This document shows, piece after piece, positions 49,780 to 62,057 of a DNA stretch of 64,000 nt. Position 1 is the stretch's first letter; each line of letters starts with the position of its first letter. The translations under genes were made by a program, and so were the position numbers. The stretch comes from Schmidtea nova (taxonomy: Eukaryota), in the NCBI GenBank assembly GCA_044892505.1, contig CM097884.1, positions 160,766,001 to 160,830,000 of the forward strand, in the 5' to 3' direction. The notes below the pieces were generated by a model that saw nothing but the letters and a program-made list of their open reading frames with translations, searched no databases and was not told the origin of the DNA.

Positions 49780-52700
49780 TCACAAGTCTCTAAGATAACC
49801 AGTCGTATGAAAATGCCACCTATTGGCTGAGTGTTTGATATTACTTATCGCACACTGTTTCAAAAGAGGATCGATTTTCTTCAAAGGTATTCCAACCTTT
49901 AAAAGAACATCGAAAGTCAAAGGTGGAATTGATCCTAGAGAACCAATGATACAAGTGAGTAGTTCTACCTTGTAATCAGGTTTCGCGATTTGAATTGCCT
50001 TTCTTAACGATTCGTATTTTAACAGGTTTTCTTTATTTACCTGCTCAAAACTCGAAAGACAATCAATCGGACATTTCATGTCTACCATGAGAATTCTTTT
50101 CCTATTTACGTCGGTGATGATGAAGTCAACTCGCTCTTTAGAGTATGGAACCAACGAACAAGTTTGATCGATAACGACAATAAGATTCGGATCTGTCAGT
50201 TGATCTGTTATCAATTTCAAACAATCATTGTGTCTTTTTGTTGCAAGTGTTTGATGAACTTTACATGATTGCAAAACATGTGCCATTGTTTCCTCCTCAG
50301 AGTGGCAGCGACGACAAAGTCTTTCTTTTACATTTCGATAAGGTTTAGCTAGAAATGACAATGTATTCGTGCGAGCACGATGGATGAAATTCCAAGAGAA
50401 TTCTGACAGATCACTTCGAAAGATTGCTTTATTGATCTTAGGCGAAAGAGTGATTGCTGATGCGATCAAATTACTTTTATTACTACTTTGCCATTTGGAA
50501 AGATAAGAATCAAAAAGCGTATCATGCAAGATCTTAGAAATAGAATTCCGAAAATCGGGAGTTGCGATCAATGTACCTCGCTCTTTTGTTGTAATATGAA
50601 GCACAGGTTCATTATTTAGGGTTTGAAAGGATATCCTAATGGCATGAATTTTATTCAGGAATTCTACAGATGTTCGCGCTCTCCGAAAACGTGTTTTCTT
50701 TCCATGATGGATGCGCTTGCATTCAATGCCATTTAACCAATCAAAGCTATCCTGAAGAGTTGGATGCTGAATTCCAAGTCGAGAACTAGTGACAAATTTC
50801 AAAGAGTCTGTATTGATCTTTTTTGCATAATTGCAAATGGAAGTAAAAAGTCGAAAAAAGTGCACTATGGTTTGGACATGATATTCGTCAAGCAGGTCAA
50901 CACAAGAAGCTCCACCATTTTCCGTGGAGTTGTAAAAATATGAAATCTCTGAATTTTCAGGAAGATTCATCATTTTTCTCAAATGACTTCTCAATTTACT
51001 TGTGTTGTTACCAGTGACATTGCTATTTCCATAAGGGATTGCCAAAGTACTTGTTTTTATTTCCCTCGTTCTAAAAGGAAAGATGAGGCGTGAATGTAGA
51101 AAAATCTTGTAAGCTTTGAGTTTTTGCCAGCCTAACAAGTCAGAGTTTGCAAGTTTTTTGGCGTCAGATATTACCTTATTTAGGATATCATAAGGGCTTT
51201 GATCAATATCTTCTCCAACTGGGACACCAAGATACTGATAGAACTCGCGAGATAGCAATTTCTTGATTTTGATATTTTCAATAGAAATTTCACTATCTAT
51301 GTGGACCTTAGGAAGTTGAATGTATCCACATTTTTCTGGTCGATATACAAAACCTATTTGTGCAGCAGTGTCAACAGCTATATCAGTGATTCGTTGCAAG
51401 TCACTGACATTTTTTGATATTAAAGCAATGTCGTCTGCGTATGCAAGAATTTGTAACGGAGATGTGCCAATCATGAATGGTTCTACTGTCGATCGGCTGA
51501 CAGCTTCAAGTACCGGATTAATCGCAATGGCGAATAAAATCATTGAAATTGGGCATCCTTGTTTCACCCCTTGTCTAATAGCTATGTTTGAAGTGAGAAC
51601 TGGTCCGCAACTGTACATAGAAGATGTGTCGGAATAAAGTAGTTGCAATATCGTAGTAAACTCATCACATACGCCAATATATCGAAGGACAGACCACATG
51701 TATTCATGAGGGACACTACCAAATGCGTCTTTAATGTCAAGCCATGCAATCGATATTGGACAATCTTTACTATATTTAGAGTGTTCCAAAGCAGCTGTCA
51801 GTATGGAATTGTGTTCAACACAGCCATCGTGTTCTGAACCTCCCTTTTGTCCAATGTGTAGAATGTTGTTCAAATCTACCCAAGTAGTAAGACGTCTAGC
51901 CAATATCGAAGCAAAAACCTTATAAATCACTGACAATAAGGCAATCGGCCTCCAAGATGACACATTATCGTATTTGTCATTCTTGTCAGGTTTCGGAATC
52001 AAAAGAGTCCTGAAAGATTTCCAATCATTTGGAACGATTTTATCGGTTATTATTCGGTTAAAAAGAAATGCAAGGAGATCCCCATCGGGATCCAAAAGAC
52101 GCAAATCTCTATATTGAATACCATCAGAACCAGGAGATGTGTTGTCAGCTTTTTTTAAGCTCAAACAATACCTCGACTGGCAATATTCGATCGAGTTTCA
52201 AAGGCTTTTGTGATTTTTTACAGAATTGAAGGACAGAATTCCAGCATTTGGATATAGGTAATGCGTGACTATAATATTTAATAATGTCTTCAATTGAAGG
52301 CCTTACATTTATTTTAAAATTATCAATGATTTTACTGACGGCTCTTTTCATTTCCGTCATAAATAGAGAAATAATTTGAGTTTTATTTAATTTTGAGTTA
52401 TCTCTCTTATTTTTCCCTAAATAAAGTTTAAAAGTTGATTTCTTACGATCAGGAAATTCTTTGATAATTATGTCAATGATCTCATTGACAGTTGAAAATT
52501 TAATTGCTATTAAAAGGTCTTTGATTTTAATTTTGCGTTGAATTAAATTTAATTTAACTAGTTCCTTTTCATTCCCTTTTGGTATTATTTTAGTGTTAAT
52601 TTTATTTGTTTTATTGGCAACTGGAACTAAGGAACTAATAACATTTCCAATATCGCGCAGGTTGATGTTTTCAAGGGATATGTCACAAGCATAATGTTTG

Positions 52701-54361
52701 ATAAATGCGCATATAAGTATTTTACAGAGAAGACCTGAACCTCGCACATCATGTGGACAAATACCGTTTGTCAATGCACGACCAGGGGTTTCTCGTAATT
52801 CATTAATTTTTTCAATGATGGTTTTACTCATTGAGAGATAATTAATACCGGATAAAAGAGTTGTTGGATTCAAAATATAATGTGCATCGGTATTGTAATC
52901 TATTATTAATAAGTTTTCCCTTGATTTTTGGGGGGTTATAACTGAAAAAATGACTTGTGCTTTAACAAGACATTCATAATTTAGAAATGTACTGATGTAT
53001 TGGGTACAATCATCGAGGATCGCCGTTGACATTGTTGCGTTTAACAAGATAAAGGTCGGTGATAATTTTAGATTGTTAAAATAAGTTGTTAGAATTTGAT
53101 CGTCAAGCTTCCCATTTATTGTGTCTAAGTTTAAACAGATTTCATTTACATGTTTTAGTTTCAATGATTTTAGTGATTTTGTAGTATCTTCAAGATTGGC
53201 AATGTTATTAAAAATTAACTTTTCTAATAAAGTAATGAAATATGATGCCATTATGATTGGTTCAACGGAAAATATTGGTGAGAAACTGATCTCGTGATCA
53301 ATGGTAAAGTTAATCTTTCTCTGAAGGAAAAATTGATTCAAATAATCGGTCATATTTTCTCCTATACCGATTAATCTTTCTTTTACAGTTTGAAAGCCTG
53401 TAGTAAAAATGTGACTTTTTCCGAGTTGAACAGAGAACAGAAATAAGCACCAAGAGTTGTTATTTGGAATAATACTTATTACATGTTCAATGTATTGAAA
53501 TTGTTTGAAAGTCACGTTTTCAATAATGAAAGCATTATTTTGCGCAACTATATTTGACGTTAATTCGGGAGAGAGAACCATTATATTAGTGTAGGTTGAA
53601 AACCATTTATCAATCAATGTTGATATGCATGGGTTTTCGTTATATAGCATGATGTTATTTGCTTTGCTTTTATATCTAACTGCTTTCTTGAAGTTGATCA
53701 AGTTCATAAAGTTTGACTTTGGCGGACCACCTCCAATTGTTTTTGATGTAATAGTGGTACAGTTAGCATTATTATTGAAAACATCTTCCCTTATACTATT
53801 TACAAAATTATCAGGAAAGTATTCCCAAACTTGACTAATTATCAATGCGTAAGCGCAGACAAAAGGCCCACAATCAAAGTCGTTATTTTGATATTCAAGT
53901 TTAATATGGGGATTATATGTTACCGCCGCTTTAAGTTTAAACAATTTATTTAAAGCCATATTTATTTTAAGGGCGCTTGTTTTGTTGATAAATTTATTTT
54001 TATTTTCAAGAATTGGATCAATGTAGTACGAAAGTAAGGATGATTTACAGTACACGAACAAGATCCAATGTGCGTTTGATATATTTAATGGGCAAAGTAT
54101 TATTTGTGCGTTAAACACTGTTTCTGGCAAGGAAATTATATTTTCCTCAAGATTTGCAAGTAAAATGCTAACAATATAACATTTAATGCAAGCATACATT
54201 TGGCTACTGATATGACGCTCAAGATAAAAGTCAATGTCATCATCAGTGAACCAGGCCTTTGGATCACGCACGGAATTTAAATTATTTACAGTTTTATTAC
54301 TTGTGCTGTCTGCATCAGTCTCTTTTGAGATTGGGGCAGATATTAGGACTGATGCAGGCAC
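49780..54361 (-). pseudogene. ORF2, frameshifted (738-aa protease part + 794-aa RT/RLE part)
   Basis: T7 vs T6 homopolymer at 52150-52156 splits the ORF; real mutation or sequencing error. Confidence 0.75.
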
Positions 54362-54367
54362 ACACCT

Positions 54368-57112
54368 TCATTTATTTTTTTGTGTTACGCGCTTCGGTCT
54401 TTTAATAGTTTTGCGATGAATATTAATTATTTCCTCATTTGACGTAGCTGGACCTAAATCAATGTCAGTGGGAAGCAAGCGCTTAAGACTTTCTCTGTCT
54501 TTGTCTGATGTCAATAGAATGTTATCATCTATGTTAGGGGAAGGAGATATTTCTACAGATTCTTCATTAGAATCAACGACATTCTCAACAGTTTTCACAC
54601 TATCAATTGTTGTATCGACATTTTCAGCAATCGTCTCAGAATTTACATGTGGTAAAACATATTCAAGTAGTCTCGAAATGTGTACGCTCATACTAGGTGT
54701 ACAAATTTTCCTACAATATTGAGGAACACGGAAACGTCTGTTGCCATTTAAGAAATATCTCTTATCTCTTATTACAAAAAACACGAGTCTCTTTGCTCTT
54801 AAAATCTCATCATCGGTTAGTTCAGATTCAAAATCATTGATCTTACTAGATATTATATTAAGCGCCTTGATTTGATCCGACTTATTTGGAAGAGACTTAT
54901 CTACAAACTCTAAGAAAGCATTTAACTCAGAAATAGTTTTGGGAGAGATTATGTTATGGATCTTGTCAATCTCTTGAGACAAATTAACCTGCTTTAGTTT
55001 CAGAAGTCTTTCCTGACAACTAGTTTTATAATAAGAACTACTGAGATTCTCGATCATTTCTGGGCCCCATATCTCAATCGTGTCAATGTCCAATGAGTAC
55101 GAGTTTTCAATATCTGTTATGGAATGCATTAAAAAGCAATTCCTAAGATAGTTTTGAACGTATATATCAAAACTCGGCTTAATAATTAATTTTAGGGAAT
55201 CCCTTAATTTTAAATAATTTAGGTAAAAAATTATGTCAACCAGTTTTTGAGATGAAGTTGGTTGATCAAGAAGAGAACTAAACACATTGTCATCCTCTGA
55301 CATCTGAACAAAGTTCAGTAGCCCTAAATTAAACATGATATCGGAGGCACCATCTTCGTGCACAGCGACTGAATTTTCACTATAAATTTTAATAAATTTG
55401 CCCCCTGTAAATGAAATCTGTTCAGGGAATTTATTTTCAGATTTTAATTTTTCTATTAAATTATTTAATGCGTGAGGATTAGCATATGTGTTTTCAATAA
55501 AACACAATTCCTCAATTTCTGGGTGTGATTTAAATAAATTTTGTAATTGCAACCTTGACAATTCAGATGCAGTTTGAGTTGAGAAAATTTCATCTGAATC
55601 GCAAGTGCTAAGAATATCGAGCATTACAAAATCTCCGTCTAGATATTTAATCTGTGATTTTATTAAAAAGTCAGGGAGCTCTTTTCGCTGTTTTAATTCG
55701 CGAAGAATATTATTAATTTGTATTTCCCTGGACTTTAAATTACTAATAGACACAGTGCCGGCCAGTTTCGACGAAAGGGAACAAAGAAAACGCTTAATAA
55801 TTGAAGAAGCCGGGACAAATTTCGTATTTGTATTGTTGGCCTTCAAAATGTTTGATCCAATCAAAAACGTCTTTGTAGAGGATTTTAAAATATTATTATT
55901 TAAAGGGACAACTTTATCAGGCACCAAATTCTGAAAAACACAGATATTATGATTTCTATAAAAGAAACCTTCAAACCCAGCGATGCTTAGTGGATTTTCC
56001 TCTTTTATAATAATTAAAAGGTCATTGTTAATTAAATCAAATTTGTTGCTTGATTCTTTTAATTTCAAAAGTTTGTGAAATTTGGGAAATAATCTAAGAA
56101 AAGAATTTTTCTCCTTTTTTGTTAATATACGCGGTAAAATATTTTCAAAAATTTCTTTTTTTAATTTAAGATGAGAATTTTTATTTTTATTATTATTTCT
56201 GAAATTAGAATTTGATTTCATTTTCAAACTTTCCAATTTGAAATTTCGTTTATTTTGAAAGTTCTTATCAGTATTAAAATTATTTTTAGATTTAATTTCC
56301 TGATCATTTGATTTTAAATTAGAAATGTTATTTGCAGTTGAAATTTCGAAATTTTCAAAATTTCGATTGTTTAAATTATCCAATTTAATCGCAGGTAAAT
56401 TAATATTTTCAAAAACAGGTTTAATAATTTTCTTTTTATTTTCATTATTATTATTAATAGTTATATTATAATTTTCCAGCCAATTTCCATCGATTGCATA
56501 GCTTTCAGGAGTAGATCCATCATCTAGTAGAAGGATCTTTTCAAAATTATTATTTTTATTAAAAAATAAATTTTTGTTATTTAAAGTACTTTTTACATTA
56601 TTATTATTATCTTTATAATCACTTAAATTTTGACTATTCGGCTTTTCTAGTTGAATTGTTCGTTCGTTTTTAGTCTGTGTAGAATTATTTCTGTAAATTG
56701 TCGACTTATTTAATAAAATTTTATGACATGAATAGCAAAGATTGCCTGCACTTTTGTCATTTTTATTTACATTCAAAGAGTTGTCATACAATTCGCTATT
56801 TTTATCTAAATTAGGAATTATTCTAAAATTTTCAATATTAGATTTACAATTAAAAGTAGATAAATTAGCATATAAATTACCACGACCAAAACCGGACACA
56901 CCATTGTCAGAATTACCATTGTGAAAATTACAATTATAATTTAAATTATCATTTAGATTTTTCGAACCAAAATTAGATATAGGTTTATTTACAAAATCTT
57001 GGTTCGAAACTTCCAAAAATTTAACAATATAATCTAACTTACAGTTATTAGAATAAATCATCCTTTCAAGCTCTGACAAATTCGCCCCAAATGGCACAAA
57101 ATTATCCTGCAT
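54368..57112 (-). CDS. Retrotransposon ORF1 (914 aa)
   Basis: Intact ORF. Confidence 0.9.
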   Translation of the reverse strand: MQDNFVPFGANLSELERMIYSNNCKLDYIVKFLEVSNQDFVNKPISNFGSKNLNDNLNYNCNFHNGNSDNGVSGFGRGNLYANLSTFNCKSNIENFRIIPNLDKNSELYDNSLNVNKNDKSAGNLCYSCHKILLNKSTIYRNNSTQTKNERTIQLEKPNSQNLSDYKDNNNNVKSTLNNKNLFFNKNNNFEKILLLDDGSTPESYAIDGNWLENYNITINNNNENKKKIIKPVFENINLPAIKLDNLNNRNFENFEISTANNISNLKSNDQEIKSKNNFNTDKNFQNKRNFKLESLKMKSNSNFRNNNKNKNSHLKLKKEIFENILPRILTKKEKNSFLRLFPKFHKLLKLKESSNKFDLINNDLLIIIKEENPLSIAGFEGFFYRNHNICVFQNLVPDKVVPLNNNILKSSTKTFLIGSNILKANNTNTKFVPASSIIKRFLCSLSSKLAGTVSISNLKSREIQINNILRELKQRKELPDFLIKSQIKYLDGDFVMLDILSTCDSDEIFSTQTASELSRLQLQNLFKSHPEIEELCFIENTYANPHALNNLIEKLKSENKFPEQISFTGGKFIKIYSENSVAVHEDGASDIMFNLGLLNFVQMSEDDNVFSSLLDQPTSSQKLVDIIFYLNYLKLRDSLKLIIKPSFDIYVQNYLRNCFLMHSITDIENSYSLDIDTIEIWGPEMIENLSSSYYKTSCQERLLKLKQVNLSQEIDKIHNIISPKTISELNAFLEFVDKSLPNKSDQIKALNIISSKINDFESELTDDEILRAKRLVFFVIRDKRYFLNGNRRFRVPQYCRKICTPSMSVHISRLLEYVLPHVNSETIAENVDTTIDSVKTVENVVDSNEESVEISPSPNIDDNILLTSDKDRESLKRLLPTDIDLGPATSNEEIINIHRKTIKRPKRVTQKNK

Positions 57113-57473
57113 TAATATTTTAAAAAATTTATTAACCTTTTCAATATCTTTCTTATAAATTTATTATAATGAGTTATTTAAACAAATTTATATTAAAGGT
57201 TTTCAAATTTCGAAATTTACTTTTCCTCGACAAAATCAAACAACGCATGGCAAATGTTTGCCATTTTCAATCAAATGACAATCTCTTTCACAAATCTCAT
57301 AGAATTTTGATTTTGTAAAATTATTAATAATTTTTTTTCAAATAATGGTAACGACCTTGGAACGTTTATATTAATCCAATTTGTTGAATTTGATTTTGAG
57401 TAGAGCAAATTAGTTTCGACAAATTTACAACGTTTACAATCTTATCATGATGATAAGATTGTAAAAAAAAATA

Positions 57474-57545
57474 TTCCCTGACCGGGAGTCGAACCCGGGC
57501 CACCTGGGTGAGAGCCAGGAATCCTAACCGCTAGACCATCAGGGA
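57474..57545 (-). tRNA. tRNA-Glu(CTC)
   Basis: Consensus copy, T9 trailer variant. Confidence 0.96.
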
Positions 57546-57849
57546 TCGATATATGTTTCCAATCTCTAGTTAAAGGTTTTCGAATTTCGAAATTTACTTT
57601 TCCTCGACAAAATCAAACAACGCATGGCAAATGTTTGCCATTTTCAATCAAATGACAATCTCTTTCACAAATCTCATAGAATTTTGATTTTGTAAAATTA
57701 TTAATAATTTTTTTTCAAATAATGGTAACGACCTTGGAACGTTTATATTAATCCAATTTGTTGAATTTGATTTTGAGTAGAGCAAATTAGTTTCGACAAA
57801 TTTACAACGTTTACAATCTTATCATGATGATAAGAAAGTGAAAAAAATA

Positions 57850-57921
57850 TTCCCTGACCGGGAGACAAACCCGGGCCACCTGGGTGAGAGCCAGGAATCC
57901 TAACCGCTAGACCATCAGGGA
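57850..57921 (-). pseudogene. tRNA-Glu(CTC) with mutated T-loop/B box
   Basis: GGTTTGTCTCC replaces GGTTCGACTCC (57865, 57867); conserved C56 and A58 lost. Confidence 0.75.
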
Positions 57922-58225
57922 TCGATATATGTTTCCAATCTCTAGTTAAAGGTTTTCGAATTTCGAAATTTACTTTTCCTCGACAAAATCAAACAACGCA
58001 TGGCAAATGTTTGCCATTTTCAATCAAATGACAATCTCTTTCACAAATCTCATAGAATTTTGATTTTGTAAAATTATTAATAATTTTTTTTCAAATAATG
58101 GTAACGACCTTGGAACGTTTATATTAATCCAATTTGTTGAATTTGATTTTGAGTAGAGCAAATTAGTTTCGACAAATTTACAACGTTTACAATCTTATCA
58201 TGATGATAAGAAAGTGAAAAAAATA

Positions 58226-58297
58226 TTCCCTGACCGGGAGTCGAACCCGGGCCACCTGGGTGAGAGCCAGGAATCCTAACCGCTAGACCATCAGGGA
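58226..58297 (-). tRNA. tRNA-Glu(CTC)
   Basis: Consensus copy. Confidence 0.96.
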
Positions 58298-58601
58298 TCG
58301 ATATATGTTTCCAATCTCTAGTTAAAGGTTTTCGAATTTCGAAATTTACTTTTCCTCGACAAAATCAAACAACGCATGGCAAATGTTTGCCATTTTCAAT
58401 CAAATGACAATCTCTTTCACAAATCTCATAGAATTTTGATTTTGTAAAATTATTAATAATTTTTTTTCAAATAATGGTAACGACCTTGGAACGTTTATAT
58501 TAATCCAATTTGTTGAATTTGATTTTGAGTAGAGCAAATTAGTTTCGACAAATTTACAACGTTTACAATCTTATCATGATGATAAGAAAGTGAAAAAAAT
58601 A

Positions 58602-58673
58602 TTCCCTGACCGGGAGTCGAACCCGGGCCACCTGGGTGAGAGCCAGGAATCCTAACCGCTAGACCATCAGGGA
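58602..58673 (-). tRNA. tRNA-Glu(CTC)
   Basis: Consensus copy. Confidence 0.96.
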
Positions 58674-58977
58674 TCGATATATGTTTCCAATCTCTAGTTA
58701 AAGGTTTTCGAATTTCGAAATTTACTTTTCCTCGACAAAATCAAACAACGCATGGCAAATGTTTGCCATTTTCAATCAAATGACAATCTCTTTCACAATT
58801 CTCATAGAATTTTGATTTTGTAAAATTATTAATAATTTTTTTTCAAATAATGGTAACGACCTTGGAACGTTTATATTAATCCAATTTGTTGAATTTGATT
58901 TTGAGTAGAGCAAATTAGTTTCGACAAATTTACAACGTTTACAATCTTATCATGATGATAAGAAAGTGAAAAAAATA

Positions 58978-59049
58978 TTCCCTGACCGGGAGTCGAACCC
59001 GGGCCACCTGGGTGAGAGCCAGGAATCCTAACCGCTAGACCATCAGGGA
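58978..59049 (-). tRNA. tRNA-Glu(CTC)
   Basis: Consensus copy. Confidence 0.96.
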
Positions 59050-59353
59050 TCGATATATGTTTCCAATCTCTAGTTAAAGGTTTTCGAATTTCGAAATTTA
59101 CTTTTCCTCGACAAAATCAAACAACGCATGGCAAATGTTTGCCATTTTCAATCAAATGACAATCTCTTTCACAAATCTCATAGAATTTTGATTTTGTAAA
59201 ATTTTTAATAATTTTTTTTCAAATAATGGTAACGACCTTGGAACGTTTATATTAATCCAATTTGTTGAATTTGATTTTGAGTAGAGCAAATTAGTTTCGA
59301 CAAATTTACAACGTTTACAATCTTATCATGATGATAAGAAAGTGAAAAAAATA

Positions 59354-59425
59354 TTCCCTGACCGGGAGTCGAACCCGGGCCACTTGGGTGAGAGCCAGGA
59401 ATCCTAACCGCTAGACCATCAGGGA
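59354..59425 (-). tRNA. tRNA-Glu(CTC) variant (anticodon-stem mismatch)
   Basis: CCAAG for CCAGG at 59384, same change as 47722. Confidence 0.85.
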
Positions 59426-59729
59426 TCGATATATATTTCCAATCTCTAGTTAAAGGTTTTCGAATTTCGAAATTTACTTTTCCTCGACAAAATCAAACAA
59501 CGCATGGCAAATGTTTGCCATTTTCAATCAAATGACAATCTCTTTCACAATTCTCATAGAATTTTGATTTTGTAAAATTATTAATAATTTTTTTTCAAAT
59601 AATGGTAACGACCTTGGAACGTTTATATTAATCCAATTTGTTGAATTTGATTTTGAGTAGAGCAAATTAGTTTCGACAAATTTACAACGTTTACAATCTT
59701 ATCATGATGATAAGAAAGTGAAAAAAATA

Positions 59730-59801
59730 TTCCCTGACCGGGAGTCGAACCCGGGCCACCTGGGTGAGAGCCAGGAATCCTAACCGCTAGACCATCAGGG
59801 A
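59730..59801 (-). tRNA. tRNA-Glu(CTC)
   Basis: Consensus copy. Confidence 0.96.
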
Positions 59802-60105
59802 TCGATATATATTTCCAATCTCTAGTTAAAGGTTTTCGAATTTCGAAATTTACTTTTCCTCGACAAAATCAAACAACGCATGGCAAATGTTTGCCATTTT
59901 CAATCAAATGACAATCTCTTTCACAATTCTCATAGAATTTTGATTTTGTAAAATTATTAATAATTTTTTTTCAAATAATGGTAACGACCTTGGAACGTTT
60001 ATATTAATCCAATTTGTTGAATTTGATTTTGAGTAGAGCAAATTAGTTTCGACAAATTTACAACGTTTACAATCTTATCATGATGATAAGAAAGTGAAAA
60101 AAATA

Positions 60106-60177
60106 TTCCCTGACCGGGAGTCGAACCCGGGCCACCTGGGTGAGAGCCAGGAATCCTAACCGCTAGACCATCAGGGA
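60106..60177 (-). tRNA. tRNA-Glu(CTC)
   Basis: Consensus copy. Confidence 0.96.
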
Positions 60178-60481
60178 TCGATATATGTTTCCAATCTCTA
60201 GTTAAAGGTTTTCGAATTTCGAAATTTACTTTTCCTCGACAAAATCAAACAACGCATGGCAAATGTTTGCCATTTTCAATCAAATGACAATCTCTTTCAC
60301 AATTCTCATAGAATTTTGATTTTGTAAAATTATTAATAATTTTTTTTCAAATATTGGTAACGACCTTGGAACGTTTATATTAATCCAATTTGTTGAATTT
60401 GATTTTGAGTAGAGCAAATTAGTTTCGACAAATTTACAACGTTTACAATCTTATCATGATGATAAGAAAGTGAAAAAAATA

Positions 60482-60553
60482 TTCCCTGACCGGGAGTCGA
60501 ACCCGGGCCACCTGGGTGAGAGCCAGGAATCCTAACCGCTAGACCATCAGGGA
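60482..60553 (-). tRNA. tRNA-Glu(CTC)
   Basis: Consensus copy. Confidence 0.96.
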
Positions 60554-60857
60554 TCGATATATGTTTCCAATCTCTAGTTAAAGGTTTTCGAATTTCGAAA
60601 TTTACTTTTCCTCGACAAAATCAAACAACGCATGGCAAATGTTTGCCATTTTCAATCAAATGACAATCTCTTTCACAAATCTCATAGAATTTTGATTTTG
60701 TAAAATTATTAATAATTTTTTTTCAAATATTGGTAACGACCTTGGAACGTTTATATTAATCCAATTTGTTGAATTTGATTTTGAGTAGAGCAAATTAGTT
60801 TCGACAAATTTACAACGTTTACAATCTTATCATGATGATAAGAAAGTGAAAAAAATA

Positions 60858-60929
60858 TTCCCTGACCGGGAGTCGAACCCGGGCCACCTGGGTGAGAGCC
60901 AGGAATCCTAACCGCTAGACCATCAGGGA
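60858..60929 (-). tRNA. tRNA-Glu(CTC)
   Basis: Consensus copy. Confidence 0.96.
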
Positions 60930-61233
60930 TCGATATATGTTTCCAATCTCTAGTTAAAGGTTTTCGAATTTCGAAATTTACTTTTCCTCGACAAAATCAA
61001 ACAACGCATGGCAAATGTTTGCCATTTTCAATCAAATGACAATCTCTTTCACAATTCTCATAGAATTTTGATTTTGTAAAATTATTAATAATTTTTTTTC
61101 AAATAATGGTAACGACCTTGGAACGTTTATATTAATCCAATTTGTTGAATTTGATTTTGAGTAGAGCAAATTAGTTTCGACAAATTTACAACGTTTACAA
61201 TCTTATCATGATGATAAGAAAGTGAAAAAAATA

Positions 61234-61305
61234 TTCCCTGACCGGGAGTCGAACCCGGGCCACCTGGGTGAGAGCCAGGAATCCTAACCGCTAGACCATC
61301 AGGGA
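61234..61305 (-). tRNA. tRNA-Glu(CTC)
   Basis: Consensus copy. Confidence 0.96.
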
Positions 61306-61609
61306 TCGATATATATTTCCAATCTCTAGTTAAAGGTTTTCGAATTTCGAAATTTACTTTTCCTCGACAAAATCAAACAACGCATGGCAAATGTTTGCCA
61401 TTTTCAATCAAATGACAATCTCTTTCACAATTCTCATAGAATTTTGATTTTGTAAAATTATTAATAATTTTTTTTCAAATAATGGTAACGACCTTGGAAC
61501 GTTTATATTAATCCAATTTGTTGAATTTGATTTTGAGTAGAGCAAATTAGTTTCGACAAATTTACAACGTTTACAATCTTATCATGATGATAAGAAAGTG
61601 AAAAAAATA

Positions 61610-61681
61610 TTCCCTGACCGGGAGTCGAACCCGGGCCACCTGGGTGAGAGCCAGGAATCCTAACCGCTAGACCATCAGGGA
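61610..61681 (-). tRNA. tRNA-Glu(CTC)
   Basis: Consensus copy. Confidence 0.96.
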
Positions 61682-61985
61682 TCGATATATGTTTCCAATC
61701 TCTAGTTAAAGGTTTTCGAATTTCGAAATTTACTTTTCCTCGACAAAATCAAACAACGCATGGCAAATGTTTGCCATTTTCAATCAAATGACAATCTCTT
61801 TCACAATTCTCATAGAATTTTGATTTTGTAAAATTATTAATAATTTTTTTTCAAATATTGGTAACGACCTTGGAACGTTTATATTAATCCAATTTGTTGA
61901 ATTTGATTTTGAGTAGAGCAAATTAGTTTCGACAAATTTACAACGTTTACAATCTTATCATGATGATAAGAAAGTGAAAAAAATA

Positions 61986-62057
61986 TTCCCTGACCGGGAG
62001 TCGAACCCGGGCCACCTGGGTGAGAGCCAGGAATCCTAACCGCTAGACCATCAGGGA
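61986..62057 (-). tRNA. tRNA-Glu(CTC)
   Basis: Consensus copy; leader variant immediately upstream. Confidence 0.95.

Larger units (their letters stand above)
49249..57192 (-). mobile_element. Full-length element E6 (7944 bp) with a +1 frameshift in ORF2
   Basis: Same structure and junctions; one extra T in the run at 52150-52156. Confidence 0.95.
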
